IMG/VR virus record: IMGVR_UViG_2061766007_000205
Source of the DNA: an uncultured virus (IMG/VR IMGVR_UViG_2061766007_000205)
Lineage: Duplodnaviria > Heunggongvirae > Uroviricota > Caudoviricetes
Direction: 5' to 3' (one strand)
DNA length: 64,000 bases
Shown here one piece after another: positions 52,136 to 61,490 of the stretch (position 1 is the first letter of the stretch; each line of letters opens with the position of its first letter). The notes under the pieces were generated by a model that saw only the letters and a list, made by a program, of their open reading frames with translations, made no database searches and had not been told where the DNA came from. The translations under genes and the position numbers were made by a program.

Positions 52136-53427
52136 TGAAGAAAATCTCTAATAGAGCCAAAGAGATTTTCGGCTTCATAAATTTTGAAACAGTAGGCACT
52201 TTAGCGGCGTAATCCGCTATGGCAATCGGGTGAATTGCTGGAAAACCTACGTCTACGCTTTACTTTCGCATTAAAATAATGTATAATTAGATAAGAATAT
52301 GCGGAGGTAAAATATATGTACTATGTTTATGAATGGTTTATTATTGAAACGGGAGAGATTATTTATGTAGGCAAGGGAACAAACCTTCGATATAAAGTCA
52401 GAAAGCATAATAAATTCTTTAATGAGATGATAAACCGATTTGATTGTGACAGTAGAATTGTAAAATCTTTTGAGAATGAAGAGGACGCTTTTGCTTATGA
52501 GTATGATCGGGTCAAAGAGTTAAAAGAGCAAGGACAATGTGTCTGCAATATTTATAATGGTGGTTCTGGTGGTACAACAGAATGGTGGACGAAAGATTTA
52601 CGAAAGAGTTATTCAGAACACAATGTTATGAAGTCTGAAAAACAACGTCAAAGGATGTCTGCCAATAACCCCATGAAGGACAAAAACGTTTCCCGAAAAG
52701 TAGGGGAAAAGAAAAGTAGAGCCGTTATTATAGGGGAAAAAGAGTATTCTTCTATAAAAGCCGCTTGCAATGAATTAAATGTTTGTTGGGATGTTATTGC
52801 TAATTGGTGCAAAAAAGGGATAAATCCTTACGGGGCGAAATGTCGTTACAAAGATTCAGCACAAAAAGTATTCTCCGGCAAACGCTATAACGTAGGTAGT
52901 AGCAAGCCTGTAATCTATAAAGAGAAAAGATATGAAAGCGTTATTGATTTTGCTAATGAAGTAGGTATCTCTATTAGAACAGCTTGCGAGTGGTTAAAAA
53001 GAGGTTTTAACCCACAAGGAATACCTTGCAGATACGAAAATGATACAAAGGAATTTAACTTTGTCAACCGACACAAAGCACGAAATGAAGCAAAAGCAAA
53101 GACCGTAATTGTTAATGATGTAGAGTATAAGAATTGTGATGAAGCAAGTAAAATGCTTAATATTCCAAAAAGTACACTCTATTCATACTTACAAGGTAAA
53201 AGACATAGTACAAAATATATATGTAGATATGGCAATCAGCAGCCAAGCCTTACGAAATCCGATAACAGTAGTAAGGAAGGTTCAACGACTAATGGGTGAG
53301 GACGGAAACCAATAAACCCGACACGAGTTCCCGACCCCTACTCTAATAGAGAGGGTGAAGATATAGTCTGAACTTACGATGAAAACGTAAGATGTATAGG
53401 ATAAAGAGCCTATACGATAACATAATG
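52136..53427 (+). mobile_element. Group I self-splicing intron (IA-like), 1292 nt
   Basis: P AATTGCTGGAAA, Q AATCAGCAG, R GTTCAACGACTA, S AAGATATAGTCT; P1 with U-G pair; terminal G; removal restores QQCCCDNRSNIADLKY. Confidence 0.93.
52316..53299 (+). CDS. Intron-encoded GIY-YIG homing endonuclease
   Basis: YVY-(x10)-IYVGKG...R N-terminal motif; repeated small DNA-binding modules; GGAGGT SD. Confidence 0.85.
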   Translation: MYYVYEWFIIETGEIIYVGKGTNLRYKVRKHNKFFNEMINRFDCDSRIVKSFENEEDAFAYEYDRVKELKEQGQCVCNIYNGGSGGTTEWWTKDLRKSYSEHNVMKSEKQRQRMSANNPMKDKNVSRKVGEKKSRAVIIGEKEYSSIKAACNELNVCWDVIANWCKKGINPYGAKCRYKDSAQKVFSGKRYNVGSSKPVIYKEKRYESVIDFANEVGISIRTACEWLKRGFNPQGIPCRYENDTKEFNFVNRHKARNEAKAKTVIVNDVEYKNCDEASKMLNIPKSTLYSYLQGKRHSTKYICRYGNQQPSLTKSDNSSKEGSTTNG

Positions 53428-53823
53428 GCTGTGACAATCGGTCAAATATTGCAGACCTCAAGTACACGGTCGCAACGGAAAATTGCGCAGATCGTACAGC
53501 GGCATATCAGAACACACAGGCGATCATCGAAGCAGGAAACAGAAACAGTCAGGCAATNNNNNNNNNNTTGTCAGCTTGAACTCGACAATGTTAAGCAGGA
53601 TAACGCTAACCTTCGCACACAGCTCAATATGGCGAACCTTGCGGCAAGTCAGACGGCACAGACAGCGGAGCTTCGTACTGCAAACGCAACACAGTTAAAC
53701 AACCTCGTATCAGAACTTCGCGCTTGTCCTATCCCGGCACAGCCCGTGTATGGGTCACAGCCGATCTTCACTTGCGGCGGTAACAACGGTTGCGGATGTA
53801 GCGGAAACGCTTTCTATAACTGA
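53428..53823 (+). CDS. Exon 2 of the CCC protein (10-N gap at 53558)
   Basis: CDNRSNIADLKYTVATENCADR...; C-terminus CPIPAQPVY..CGGNNGCGC. Confidence 0.8.
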   Translation, partial: AVTIGQILQTSSTRSQRKIAQIVQRHIRTHRRSSKQETETVRQXXXXCQLELDNVKQDNANLRTQLNMANLAASQTAQTAELRTANATQLNNLVSELRACPIPAQPVYGSQPIFTCGGNNGCGCSGNAFYN

Positions 53824-54246
53824 ATAAGGGGGTATTGCTATGGCACAGTATGTAACGACAAATGACGTTTTGGTGGCCTTAAACAACACCATTCCGTTCA
53901 ATCACGTTTCTATCCCTTGCAATACGGGTAATGTGATACCCATNNNNNNNNNNNNNNNNNNNNNNNNNNNNNNNNNNNNNNNNNTACCCCGGCGGCAGAA
54001 GAAGAGTACGGACACATCAACACAGAAGCAGTTATAACTATCCCTTGCGGATGTTGTGCTTCGGTATCGGCTGTCTATGTTGACGGCACAGAAGATGATC
54101 CGGCAACNNNNNNNNNNTGCTTTAGGCATTGCCATCAACGGGGCGGTTATCCCCGAAAGTGTAGCAATATTCACCCCGGCGGCGGCAGAAGAGTACGGAC
54201 ACATCAACACAGAAGCAGTTATAACTATCCCTTGCGNNNNNNNNNN

Positions 54247-54870
54247 AACAACAACGTATCAGACGGATTCCGTTCCGCACAGTTAAGTGATGGCATTACA
54301 AGCATCAGAGATTCTATCGGTAATCTTTCAACACAGTTGTGTAATTGCTGTGGAGATATGCAGATGGCTCTTGCAAACGGCTTTTCGGGAGTCGAGCAGA
54401 GCGCAAACGCACGTCAGATCGCAGATATGCAACAGATGTTTGCACTTCAGAACGGAGTACAGAGCGGATTCAATGCTACCAACACAGGCATAGCCGACCT
54501 CAAGTACACGGTCGCAACAGAGAATTGCGCTGATCGTACACAGGCAATGCAGAATACCCGTGACATCATCGACTCACAGACAAGAAGCACGCAGGCTGTT
54601 CTTGATAAACTCTGCCAGCTTGAACTTGACGGCGTAAAGCAGAACTACGAGAACCGCATCGCAGGAATGCAGAATGTGATTAATGGTTTGAGCGCACAGG
54701 TCAATGCCGCTGATAGAAGAGTAGCTATGGGAGAAGAAGTTGATGCGCTGTATAACCGCCTTAATAACTGTCCCGTTCCTACAACTCCGGTATATGGTAG
54801 GACACCGATTTTCACTTGCGGCGGTAACAACGGTGGATGCGGATGTAGCGGAAACGCTTTCTACAACTAA
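54247..54870 (+). CDS. Another allele of the CCC/Cys-tail protein (5' part in gap)
   Basis: IADLKYTVATENCADR and CPVPTTPVY..CGCSG. Confidence 0.7.
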   Translation, partial: NNNVSDGFRSAQLSDGITSIRDSIGNLSTQLCNCCGDMQMALANGFSGVEQSANARQIADMQQMFALQNGVQSGFNATNTGIADLKYTVATENCADRTQAMQNTRDIIDSQTRSTQAVLDKLCQLELDGVKQNYENRIAGMQNVINGLSAQVNAADRRVAMGEEVDALYNRLNNCPVPTTPVYGRTPIFTCGGNNGGCGCSGNAFYN

Positions 54871-55372
54871 ATAAGGGGGTATTGCTATGGCACAGTATGT
54901 AACGACAAGTGACAGTTTGGTTGCGTTAAACAACACCATACCGTTCAATCACGTTTCTATCCCTTGCAATACGGGTAATGTAATACCCATTGCATCAGGG
55001 GTTCTTACTATCAAAGGCAATACTCGTAACCGTTTTGCAAGATACCGTGTGATATTGCAGGGTAATATAGCCGTTCCCGAAGGTGGGGATGTCACACCGA
55101 TNNNNNNNNNNTCAGCTTGAACTCGACAATGTTAAGCAGGATAACGCGAACCTTCGCACACAGCTTAATATGGCGAACCTTGCGGCAAGTCAAACGGCAC
55201 AGACAGCGGAACTTCGGACAGCGGCACAGACAGCAAATGCAAATTTGCTTTCAGAGTTAAGGAGTTGTCCTATCCCGGCACAGGCGGTATATGGAAATCA
55301 GCCCGTATTTACTTGTCAGGCACAGAACAACTGCGGATGTCAGGGTTTCTATAACTGATCGGGGGTGTTGTT

Positions 55373-55828
55373 ATGGCGAGGTATATTACAACAAGTGACG
55401 TTCTCGTGGCGTTAAACAACACGATTCCGTTCAATAGTGTATCTATCCCTTGCAACAAAGGATGTGTAATTCCGCTTGCATCAGGGGTTCTTACCTTAAA
55501 AGGCAACACAACTAATAGGTTTGCGCGGTACAACGTGACGGTACAGGGCAATATAGCCATTCCCGAAGGCGGGGATGTAACGCCGATAGCGGTAGGTATA
55601 AGCGTTAACGGGTCAGTAATACCTGAAAGCGTGGCTATCGTCACTCCGGCGGCGGCAGAAGAGTTTACCCACATCAACACGTCTGTTCCTATAACCGTAC
55701 CTTGCGGATGCTGTGTATCGGTATCGGCGGTATATGTTGACGGAACAGAGGACGATGCGGCAACTGTACCTACACCGTCAATCACGGTAAGACGTGAAGC
55801 GTCAATAACGGTTGAGAGAATAGCATAG
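55373..55828 (+). CDS. Beta-sandwich protein, possibly BclA-C/TNF-like (variant fragments 53840-54236, 54887-55101)
   Basis: Alternating hydrophobic beta pattern (IPFN, YNVTVQGNI, ASITVERIA); PCGCC. Confidence 0.55.
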   Translation: MARYITTSDVLVALNNTIPFNSVSIPCNKGCVIPLASGVLTLKGNTTNRFARYNVTVQGNIAIPEGGDVTPIAVGISVNGSVIPESVAIVTPAAAEEFTHINTSVPITVPCGCCVSVSAVYVDGTEDDAATVPTPSITVRREASITVERIA

Positions 55829-55842
55829 AAAGGAGAAACACG

Positions 55843-56232
55843 ATGCACAAAATACAGATGTATGAAAATCTCCGTGATATGCTTGAGCAGGAAGTAACGG
55901 AGATCGAGAGAAAAGGAAGTCTGGACGCACAGAGTTTAGATCACCTTTATAAACTCATGGCAACCTTAAAGAACACGGACAAGTGCATTGAACGTGAAGA
56001 GGGCGGCTCAAGTTACGGCAGGAACTACAACATGAGGGGTAGTTATATGCCTGATATGATGAGCCGTGACAACTTTCGTGATAGTTCGTATAGAGGAAGG
56101 TCGTATGACGGGCGCTCCTATGACAGAGAGAACGCGCGGCAGAAGATGATTGACAGGCTCAATATGCTTATGGATGAGGCCACGAACGACAACGAGAGAC
56201 AGGCAATCATGGATTGCATGAATAAAATTTAA
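55843..56232 (+). CDS. Helical protein with RGSY/GRSY low-complexity repeats
   Basis: AAGGAG SD; last gene of operon; terminator at 56242-56270. Confidence 0.65.
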   Translation: MHKIQMYENLRDMLEQEVTEIERKGSLDAQSLDHLYKLMATLKNTDKCIEREEGGSSYGRNYNMRGSYMPDMMSRDNFRDSSYRGRSYDGRSYDRENARQKMIDRLNMLMDEATNDNERQAIMDCMNKI

Positions 56233-56241
56233 TATCGGAAT

Positions 56242-56270
56242 GAGGGTGTAGGATCTGCACCCTCTTTTTT
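56242..56270 (+). terminator. Rho-independent terminator
   Basis: GAGGGTGTAG-GAT-CTGCACCCTC-TTTTTT. Confidence 0.75.
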
Positions 56271-56402
56271 ATGTTGACAATCCCGGTAAACTTTGTTAGG
56301 TAAGACTTGTGTGCTTTCTTTATTGCTTTAGCCGACTGATTCGGCAGTGATTCCCCTTACGAAATAGCCATGTCCCTTCACCTCGGATATGGCTATTTTT
56401 GC

Positions 56403-56586
56403 TAGAGACAAATTAGTGACAAAACACCGTCTAAACCGCATAAATACGCTATTTATTTCTTCGGGTTCGGAAAATAGCGACAATAAAATAACACCCGTAA
56501 ACACGGCATTTCGCGGTTTTATAACATACGGTATGATTGCTTATAACGGGTGCTATTGGGAGTATTAGTGACAATACTAGAGACAA
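56403..56586. other. Putative attP with integrase arm-type repeats
   Basis: TAGNGACAA at 56403, 56414, 56475, 56566 and 56578, next to the integrase 3' end. Confidence 0.65.
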
Positions 56587-56606
56587 CAAGTACGATAAAT
56601 CTCCCA

Positions 56607-57593
56607 CTATATCAGATTAAGGGCGGTACGTTTTTCATCATTGGTAATTTTGGTATATACCCTTGATGTAACATCACCGCCCTTATGTCCGACAATGGCT
56701 TTTATTATCCTGTCATCCACTTTTGCGGTGACTAAAAGGCTTATAGTCGTGTATCTTGTGCAGTGTAGATCACGATGTTCAAAGCCGTTTTCTTTACGCC
56801 AACGCTTGTATTTATAATACAGTACGCTATATTCACCTAAATACGGCATAGGTAGAAGTTTTTTAGCCTTATCTGATAACGGAACTTCTCTAATTCCGGC
56901 AGGAGTTTTCGCTTTTCCGATATGAATAACTTTGTCTTTGTCAATGCTTTCGGGTTTCATACCACAAAATTCACCCGCTCTCATCCCGGTATAGATCAGG
57001 AATAATAGTATATGCGACATTTCATCATCTATTTTCCATAATCTCGTTATTTCATCATCCGTAAATCTGTCGCGTTCATTTTTATTGACCGCCACATTGC
57101 TTGAAAGGTCAATATAATTGAGTATCGCGACACGTTCAGGTTGGACAATATCATATCTTATCGAGTAGTCGTATAAGTGTTTAAGAACAATCTTGACACG
57201 TTTTTTGACGACAGTAGAACTCTTAAGACTGTCAAAGAATAATTGCAATTCCTTCCGGCTTAATGTAGCAATCGGTTTATCATATAACGGTTTTAGTTTT
57301 TTCCAATGGCTTTTCAGATCAGCAACGCTTTTAGGAGATTGCTGCTCTATATATCCGATGATGAATTTCTCGTAAATGGATTGTACGGTTTCTTTATCAA
57401 GGGAATAAGGAGATTTGTTATATTCCATTAGCGCACTCAACGCATCAGCTTTCGTTCGATAATATCCGATGTACTTGTATATAGGATATCCGCGCTCGTC
57501 AAAACCATCAGTTTTACGAGCAACCCACGGATTTCTGCGCTTGCCGGATAACTTATACACCGAGCCCATGCCGTTGCCTAAACGAGAACTCAT
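56607..57593 (-). CDS. int: Tyrosine integrase
   Basis: TGMRAGE, KTPAG, LHCTRYT, IVGH, VYT catalytic motifs; N-terminal GMGSVYKL arm-binding domain. Confidence 0.93.
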   Translation of the reverse strand: MSSRLGNGMGSVYKLSGKRRNPWVARKTDGFDERGYPIYKYIGYYRTKADALSALMEYNKSPYSLDKETVQSIYEKFIIGYIEQQSPKSVADLKSHWKKLKPLYDKPIATLSRKELQLFFDSLKSSTVVKKRVKIVLKHLYDYSIRYDIVQPERVAILNYIDLSSNVAVNKNERDRFTDDEITRLWKIDDEMSHILLFLIYTGMRAGEFCGMKPESIDKDKVIHIGKAKTPAGIREVPLSDKAKKLLPMPYLGEYSVLYYKYKRWRKENGFEHRDLHCTRYTTISLLVTAKVDDRIIKAIVGHKGGDVTSRVYTKITNDEKRTALNLI

Positions 57594-57994
57594 ACTAGAC
57601 CACCTTTGATGAGTTTGAAGATACAAGTCCCCCCCCTTAACACATTATAAGCGGCTTTCCTCGTACTATCATCAACCTTTCTATACATCTTGATTATTTC
57701 CCTTTCTTCGTCCGATAATTCCTCAAAAGAATAATTCTTATAGTATTCCCGAATTGAACGCGCCTTGTCCGTATCTGTCGCTTGCCATTCTTCGACAAGA
57801 TCAGCCTTACTGATATTAAAATATGATGCCATTATCTCAATCTTATCTATTCGTGGGTATATCTTGGCATTTACCCAATCTGAAAAGGTGTTCTGCTTAA
57901 AACCGCAAGCCTTACATACGTCAGTGGCAGAAACGTGATTGACGTTCATATAATATTGAATATTCTTTGCGATTATCTTTTTGTTTTCAACCAT
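57590..57994 (-). CDS. CI-like Xre-family repressor
   Basis: DVCKACGFKQNTFSDW...YPRIDKIEIMASYFNI; co-oriented with integrase. Confidence 0.85.
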   Translation of the reverse strand: MVENKKIIAKNIQYYMNVNHVSATDVCKACGFKQNTFSDWVNAKIYPRIDKIEIMASYFNISKADLVEEWQATDTDKARSIREYYKNYSFEELSDEEREIIKMYRKVDDSTRKAAYNVLRGGTCIFKLIKGGLV

Positions 57995-58019
57995 AACCAC
58001 AACCCCCTTGCTTATCATC

Positions 58020-58125
58020 ATTATCGGACAAAACGAAAAATATTTCAAGATTTATAAAAAAATGTCTTGACATTATCGGTTAAACCGATTATATTAACAT
58101 ACAGATGGTGTTCGGTTAAACCGAT
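58020..58125. promoter_or_regulatory. Lysis-lysogeny switch: divergent promoters with palindromic operators
   Basis: TTGACA(58067)-17-TATATT rightward; TTGAAA-17-GATAAT leftward; ATCGGTTAAACCGAT at 58075, variants at 58111, 58023 and 58640. Confidence 0.8.
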
Positions 58126-58155
58126 ACCACAATATGTAGAAAGGAGTTTCAATTA

Positions 58156-58210
58156 TGGCTATGACGTTAAAAGCGTTGAGGGTCAATAAGGGATTAGATC
58201 AAAGAACTGC
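58156..58210 (+). CDS. Cro-like HTH protein, 5' fragment (3' fragment probably 58616-58690)
   Basis: AAGGAG SD; MAMTLKALRVNKGLDQRT. Confidence 0.6.
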
Positions 58211-58226
58211 NNNNNNNNNNTAAACA

Positions 58227-58499
58227 ATGGTTTTTAGATACAATAAGTTGAGAGGACGCATAGTTGAAAAGTTTACGACACTTTCACGGTTTGCAAGTGC
58301 ATTGTCAACTTATAAAGGGAAAACAGTAGTAGTTCAGGTGGTGAGTGCAAAACTTACAGGAGCAGTTCGATTTACCATTGATGATGTGGCAGAATGGTGT
58401 GCTGTACTTGAAATCCCGGTTGAAGAAATTGGAATTTATTTTTTTGACTATGAACTTTCAAAAGACGAAAGCGAAAGAATTAAGGAGATCACGGCATGA
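58227..58499 (+). CDS. Cro-like DUF739-type HTH protein (other genotype)
   Basis: FRYNKLRGRIVEKF...EIPVEEIGIYFF. Confidence 0.7.
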   Translation: MVFRYNKLRGRIVEKFTTLSRFASALSTYKGKTVVVQVVSAKLTGAVRFTIDDVAEWCAVLEIPVEEIGIYFFDYELSKDESERIKEITA

Positions 58500-58686
58500 A
58501 CGAATTACAGATTTTCAATAATGAAGAGTTTGGACAGATCAGGACGATTGAGATTGATGGCAAACCGTATTTTGCGGCAAGTGATGTTGCGTCAGCATTA
58601 GGGTANNNNNNNNNNGACATAAATTTTTTACCCCAAAATATCGGTAAAACCGATGTTGAAGGTGAAAAAATAAAGGGGGTGACAGC

Positions 58687-59421
58687 ATGAATGAATTACA
58701 GATTTTTAACAATGCAGAGTTTGGACAGATCAGGACGATTGAGATAGATGGCAAACCGTATTTTGCGGCAAGTGATGTTGCGTCAGCATTAGGGTATAGC
58801 AATCCCCGCAAAGCAATAATAGATCATTGCAAGGGAGTAACGAAACGTGACACCCCTACGAATAGCGGTTTACAGAGCATTAACTTTATTCCTGAAGGGG
58901 ATATTTACCGTTTGATAGTTAAGTCACAGTTACCGAGCGCGGAGAGGTTTGAAAGATGGGTGTTTGATGAAGTTCTTCCAGAGATCAGAAGAACGGGCGG
59001 TTATCAGATGCCGCAAACATATTCAGAAGCGTTAAGGGCATTAGCGGATAAAGCAGAAGAAGCTGAAAGACTTGCCCTTGAAAATGCAGAAATGAAACCT
59101 AAAGCGGAATTTGCAGATGCAATCATAGCTTCAAACACAACGATTCTTGTTGGCGATTTTGCGAAAATCCTCAAACAAAACGGAATAGACACAGGGCAGA
59201 ACCGTTTGTTTAAGTGGTTTGTTGATAACCATTACCTGTTTAAGCGTAACGGTCAGTATGTACCTACACAACGGGCAATGGATTTAGAAGTGTTCGAGGT
59301 TGATTCAAAGCCTGTTCAAATAGGCGATGAAACACAGATAAAACATACAGTACGGGTAACACCCAAAGGGCAGAAATACTTTATAGATAAGTTTTTAAGA
59401 GAAAAGGAGATCGCGGGATGA
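58687..59421 (+). CDS. Antirepressor (BRO-N plus KilA-C/ANT)
   Basis: MNELQIFNN.EFGQIR, FERWVFDEVLP, GQNRLFKW, VTPKGQ. Confidence 0.9.
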   Translation: MNELQIFNNAEFGQIRTIEIDGKPYFAASDVASALGYSNPRKAIIDHCKGVTKRDTPTNSGLQSINFIPEGDIYRLIVKSQLPSAERFERWVFDEVLPEIRRTGGYQMPQTYSEALRALADKAEEAERLALENAEMKPKAEFADAIIASNTTILVGDFAKILKQNGIDTGQNRLFKWFVDNHYLFKRNGQYVPTQRAMDLEVFEVDSKPVQIGDETQIKHTVRVTPKGQKYFIDKFLREKEIAG

Positions 59422-59813
59422 AAACATACGAATTGGAAATGACCGAGAAGGGCAAACTATTTTTCAAAATCTTTTATGAGGTTTTCGGCAATCGTAATGA
59501 GGATGATGCCCCTATTGACCCCGAAGAGGTCAGAGAAACACTACTTAAAACAAGAAGTGACGATTTGAAGTTAATGTTTTTTGAATTTGGTGTCAATGAG
59601 TTTATAGACGCTATTAACTCTATCGGGGAACTTGCAGATGATGAACAGTTTGTTAAGGACATGAAGAAACTTGTTAAGTATCTCAAAAACGACCTTGAAG
59701 CGATAAAAGATGCTTGCGGTGAGGAAGATGATTTGATCGTTGCTCCGGCGAAGAAAGCATATAAGAGAGCGAAGAGAATCTATAAGCACATGAAGGGTAC
59801 ACCATGCGACTAA
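59418..59813 (+). CDS. Hypothetical acidic protein
   Basis: ATGA-coupled ORF. Confidence 0.55.
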   Translation: MKTYELEMTEKGKLFFKIFYEVFGNRNEDDAPIDPEEVRETLLKTRSDDLKLMFFEFGVNEFIDAINSIGELADDEQFVKDMKKLVKYLKNDLEAIKDACGEEDDLIVAPAKKAYKRAKRIYKHMKGTPCD

Positions 59814-59983
59814 CAATCAGAGAAGCATCAAAGCGGCTTGACCTGCCCGAACAGGCACTCCGGGAATGGTTAAAAAGAGGATGCCCGTTTGGTGAGGTTG
59901 TGCATGAAAAGAAGAGCCGGAACGGGCGCCGGACGTACTACATAAACAGTGAGCGACTAGACAAATATCTGAAGGGAGAATAA
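59804..59983 (+). CDS. Excisionase-like HTH protein, 59 aa
   Basis: MRLTIREASKRLDLPEQALREWLKRGCPFG...RRTYYIN. Confidence 0.6.
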   Translation: MRLTIREASKRLDLPEQALREWLKRGCPFGEVVHEKKSRNGRRTYYINSERLDKYLKGE

Positions 59984-60101
59984 GGGGATGAAAAAACTAG
60001 GGGTCATTTACANNNNNNNNNNATGAAGTCAAAGCATGGGCGCCGGACGTACTACATCAATTCTGAAAGACTTGAAAAATATCTGAAGGGAGAATAAGGG
60101 G

Positions 60102-60257
60102 ATGAAAAAACTAGGGGTCATTTACAAAGTTGGAGTTATCATATCATTTCTTGCACTTGCCGGGGTAGCTGAAAGCATAACGGGACGGGGCGACACTATC
60201 ATATCAATCATTCTGCTATTAGTCGGTTTTCTGTGTTGTCTTACGGAGTATGTCTAA
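60102..60257 (+). CDS. Small two-TM protein
   Basis: MKKLGVIYKVGVIISFLALAG...IISIILLLVGFLCCL. Confidence 0.55.
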   Translation: MKKLGVIYKVGVIISFLALAGVAESITGRGDTIISIILLLVGFLCCLTEYV

Positions 60258-60514
60258 TGAATGAGCCATATGTCAATCATACCTTAATGAATAGGGTAAT
60301 GGAGATAAAGCAACGGTCAGAGAACAGCAAGTTTGTTTTAGAGGTCGTAGGACTTACGGATCTGTGGAATAAAGCAATACACATGACAGAGGAAGAACTG
60401 ATAGTTTGTGTGCTTGCAGCATTACAAATATGTCCTGACACAGTATATCAGGCACTTGCAGAGGACAGAAAAGAATTATCAAGGAAGGGGGGAAAAGAGG
60501 ATGGAGACAATTAA
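60257..60514 (+). CDS. Hypothetical protein
   Basis: TAATG-coupled ORF. Confidence 0.55.
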   Translation: MNEPYVNHTLMNRVMEIKQRSENSKFVLEVVGLTDLWNKAIHMTEEELIVCVLAALQICPDTVYQALAEDRKELSRKGGKEDGDN

Positions 60515-60680
60515 TGTTTTCAAAAGAGGGGACAGGGTTTTTCTTGAGTATGAAATAGACAGCAAATTTATGCACGATGATGAGATTTATTACAAACTCA
60601 AGGACACCAAAAACGGAACGTATCTGAATAATGCTTACACGGCAGAAGAACTTATACCTGCCAGAGAGGTAGCGGAATGA
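60501..60680 (+). CDS. Small beta-barrel-like hypothetical protein
   Basis: METINVFKRGDRVFL... Confidence 0.5.
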   Translation: METINVFKRGDRVFLEYEIDSKFMHDDEIYYKLKDTKNGTYLNNAYTAEELIPAREVAE

Positions 60681-60988
60681 AGTGTCCGAAATGCCGGATA
60701 GATCAAACGGAAGTTTACGGCGGTCAAGCTATAAAGCATACATACATGAGGTACAGAAGATGCCTTGCGTGTGGCTACAAGTTCAAAACGATAGAAAGGA
60801 TAGACCTAGACGACATGGTGAGCAAATGTGTATGTGCGGTATGCAAGGAAATGCTATATCCCGATGACGAATATTACGAGATTGACGACAGGATCATGTG
60901 CGAGAACTGCGCGGATGAATGGTTAAGTTCTCAAAAGAATTGGGTGACTGAAGATATGGCATACGGAGACAGATTTGACGATGTTTAG
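60677..60988 (+). CDS. Double zinc-finger protein (NrdR-like ribbon at N-terminus)
   Basis: MKCPKC...RYRRCLACGYKFKTIE; CAVC...CENC. Confidence 0.65.
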   Translation: MKCPKCRIDQTEVYGGQAIKHTYMRYRRCLACGYKFKTIERIDLDDMVSKCVCAVCKEMLYPDDEYYEIDDRIMCENCADEWLSSQKNWVTEDMAYGDRFDDV

Positions 60989-61490
60989 ACAATTTCCGGG
61001 GGCAGGAACTATAACCACTTGCCTTAACTGCACAGAAAGACATCCTGCTTGTCACGATACTTGTGAGAGGTACATCACCGAGAAGAAAGAACGTGATGCA
61101 AAGATAGCGGAAATCCGNNNNNNNNNNCTACGAAATTGACGACAGAATCATGTGCGAGAACTGCGCGGATGAATGGTTAAGTTGTCAAAAGAATTGGGTG
61201 ACTGAAGATATGGCATACGGAGACAGATTTGACGNNNNNNNNNNTCGGCACTTGATGCGGCTTACGATCGGTGGAAAACAACACCACCAGAGCCGGAAGA
61301 GAGCAAATACAAGTGTATTGAGTGTGAGTGTGATCTTTACCCCGGTGATGATGCCTATGAATTAGATGGGTATGTCTATTGCGAAGATCACGCTAAAGAG
61401 TGGTTTGAGAGCCACAAATATACGATACCTGACGAGTAATCGTTTGGCATACAACCTTCTGAAAAGTCTGTGTTATCGGACTAATACGGG

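Noticed and set aside
52136..52212. C-terminal LKKISNRAKEIFG... tail of ORF 51757 and ORF start at 53392
   Set aside because: Both are read-through into or out of intron sequence; splicing restores the homologous frame
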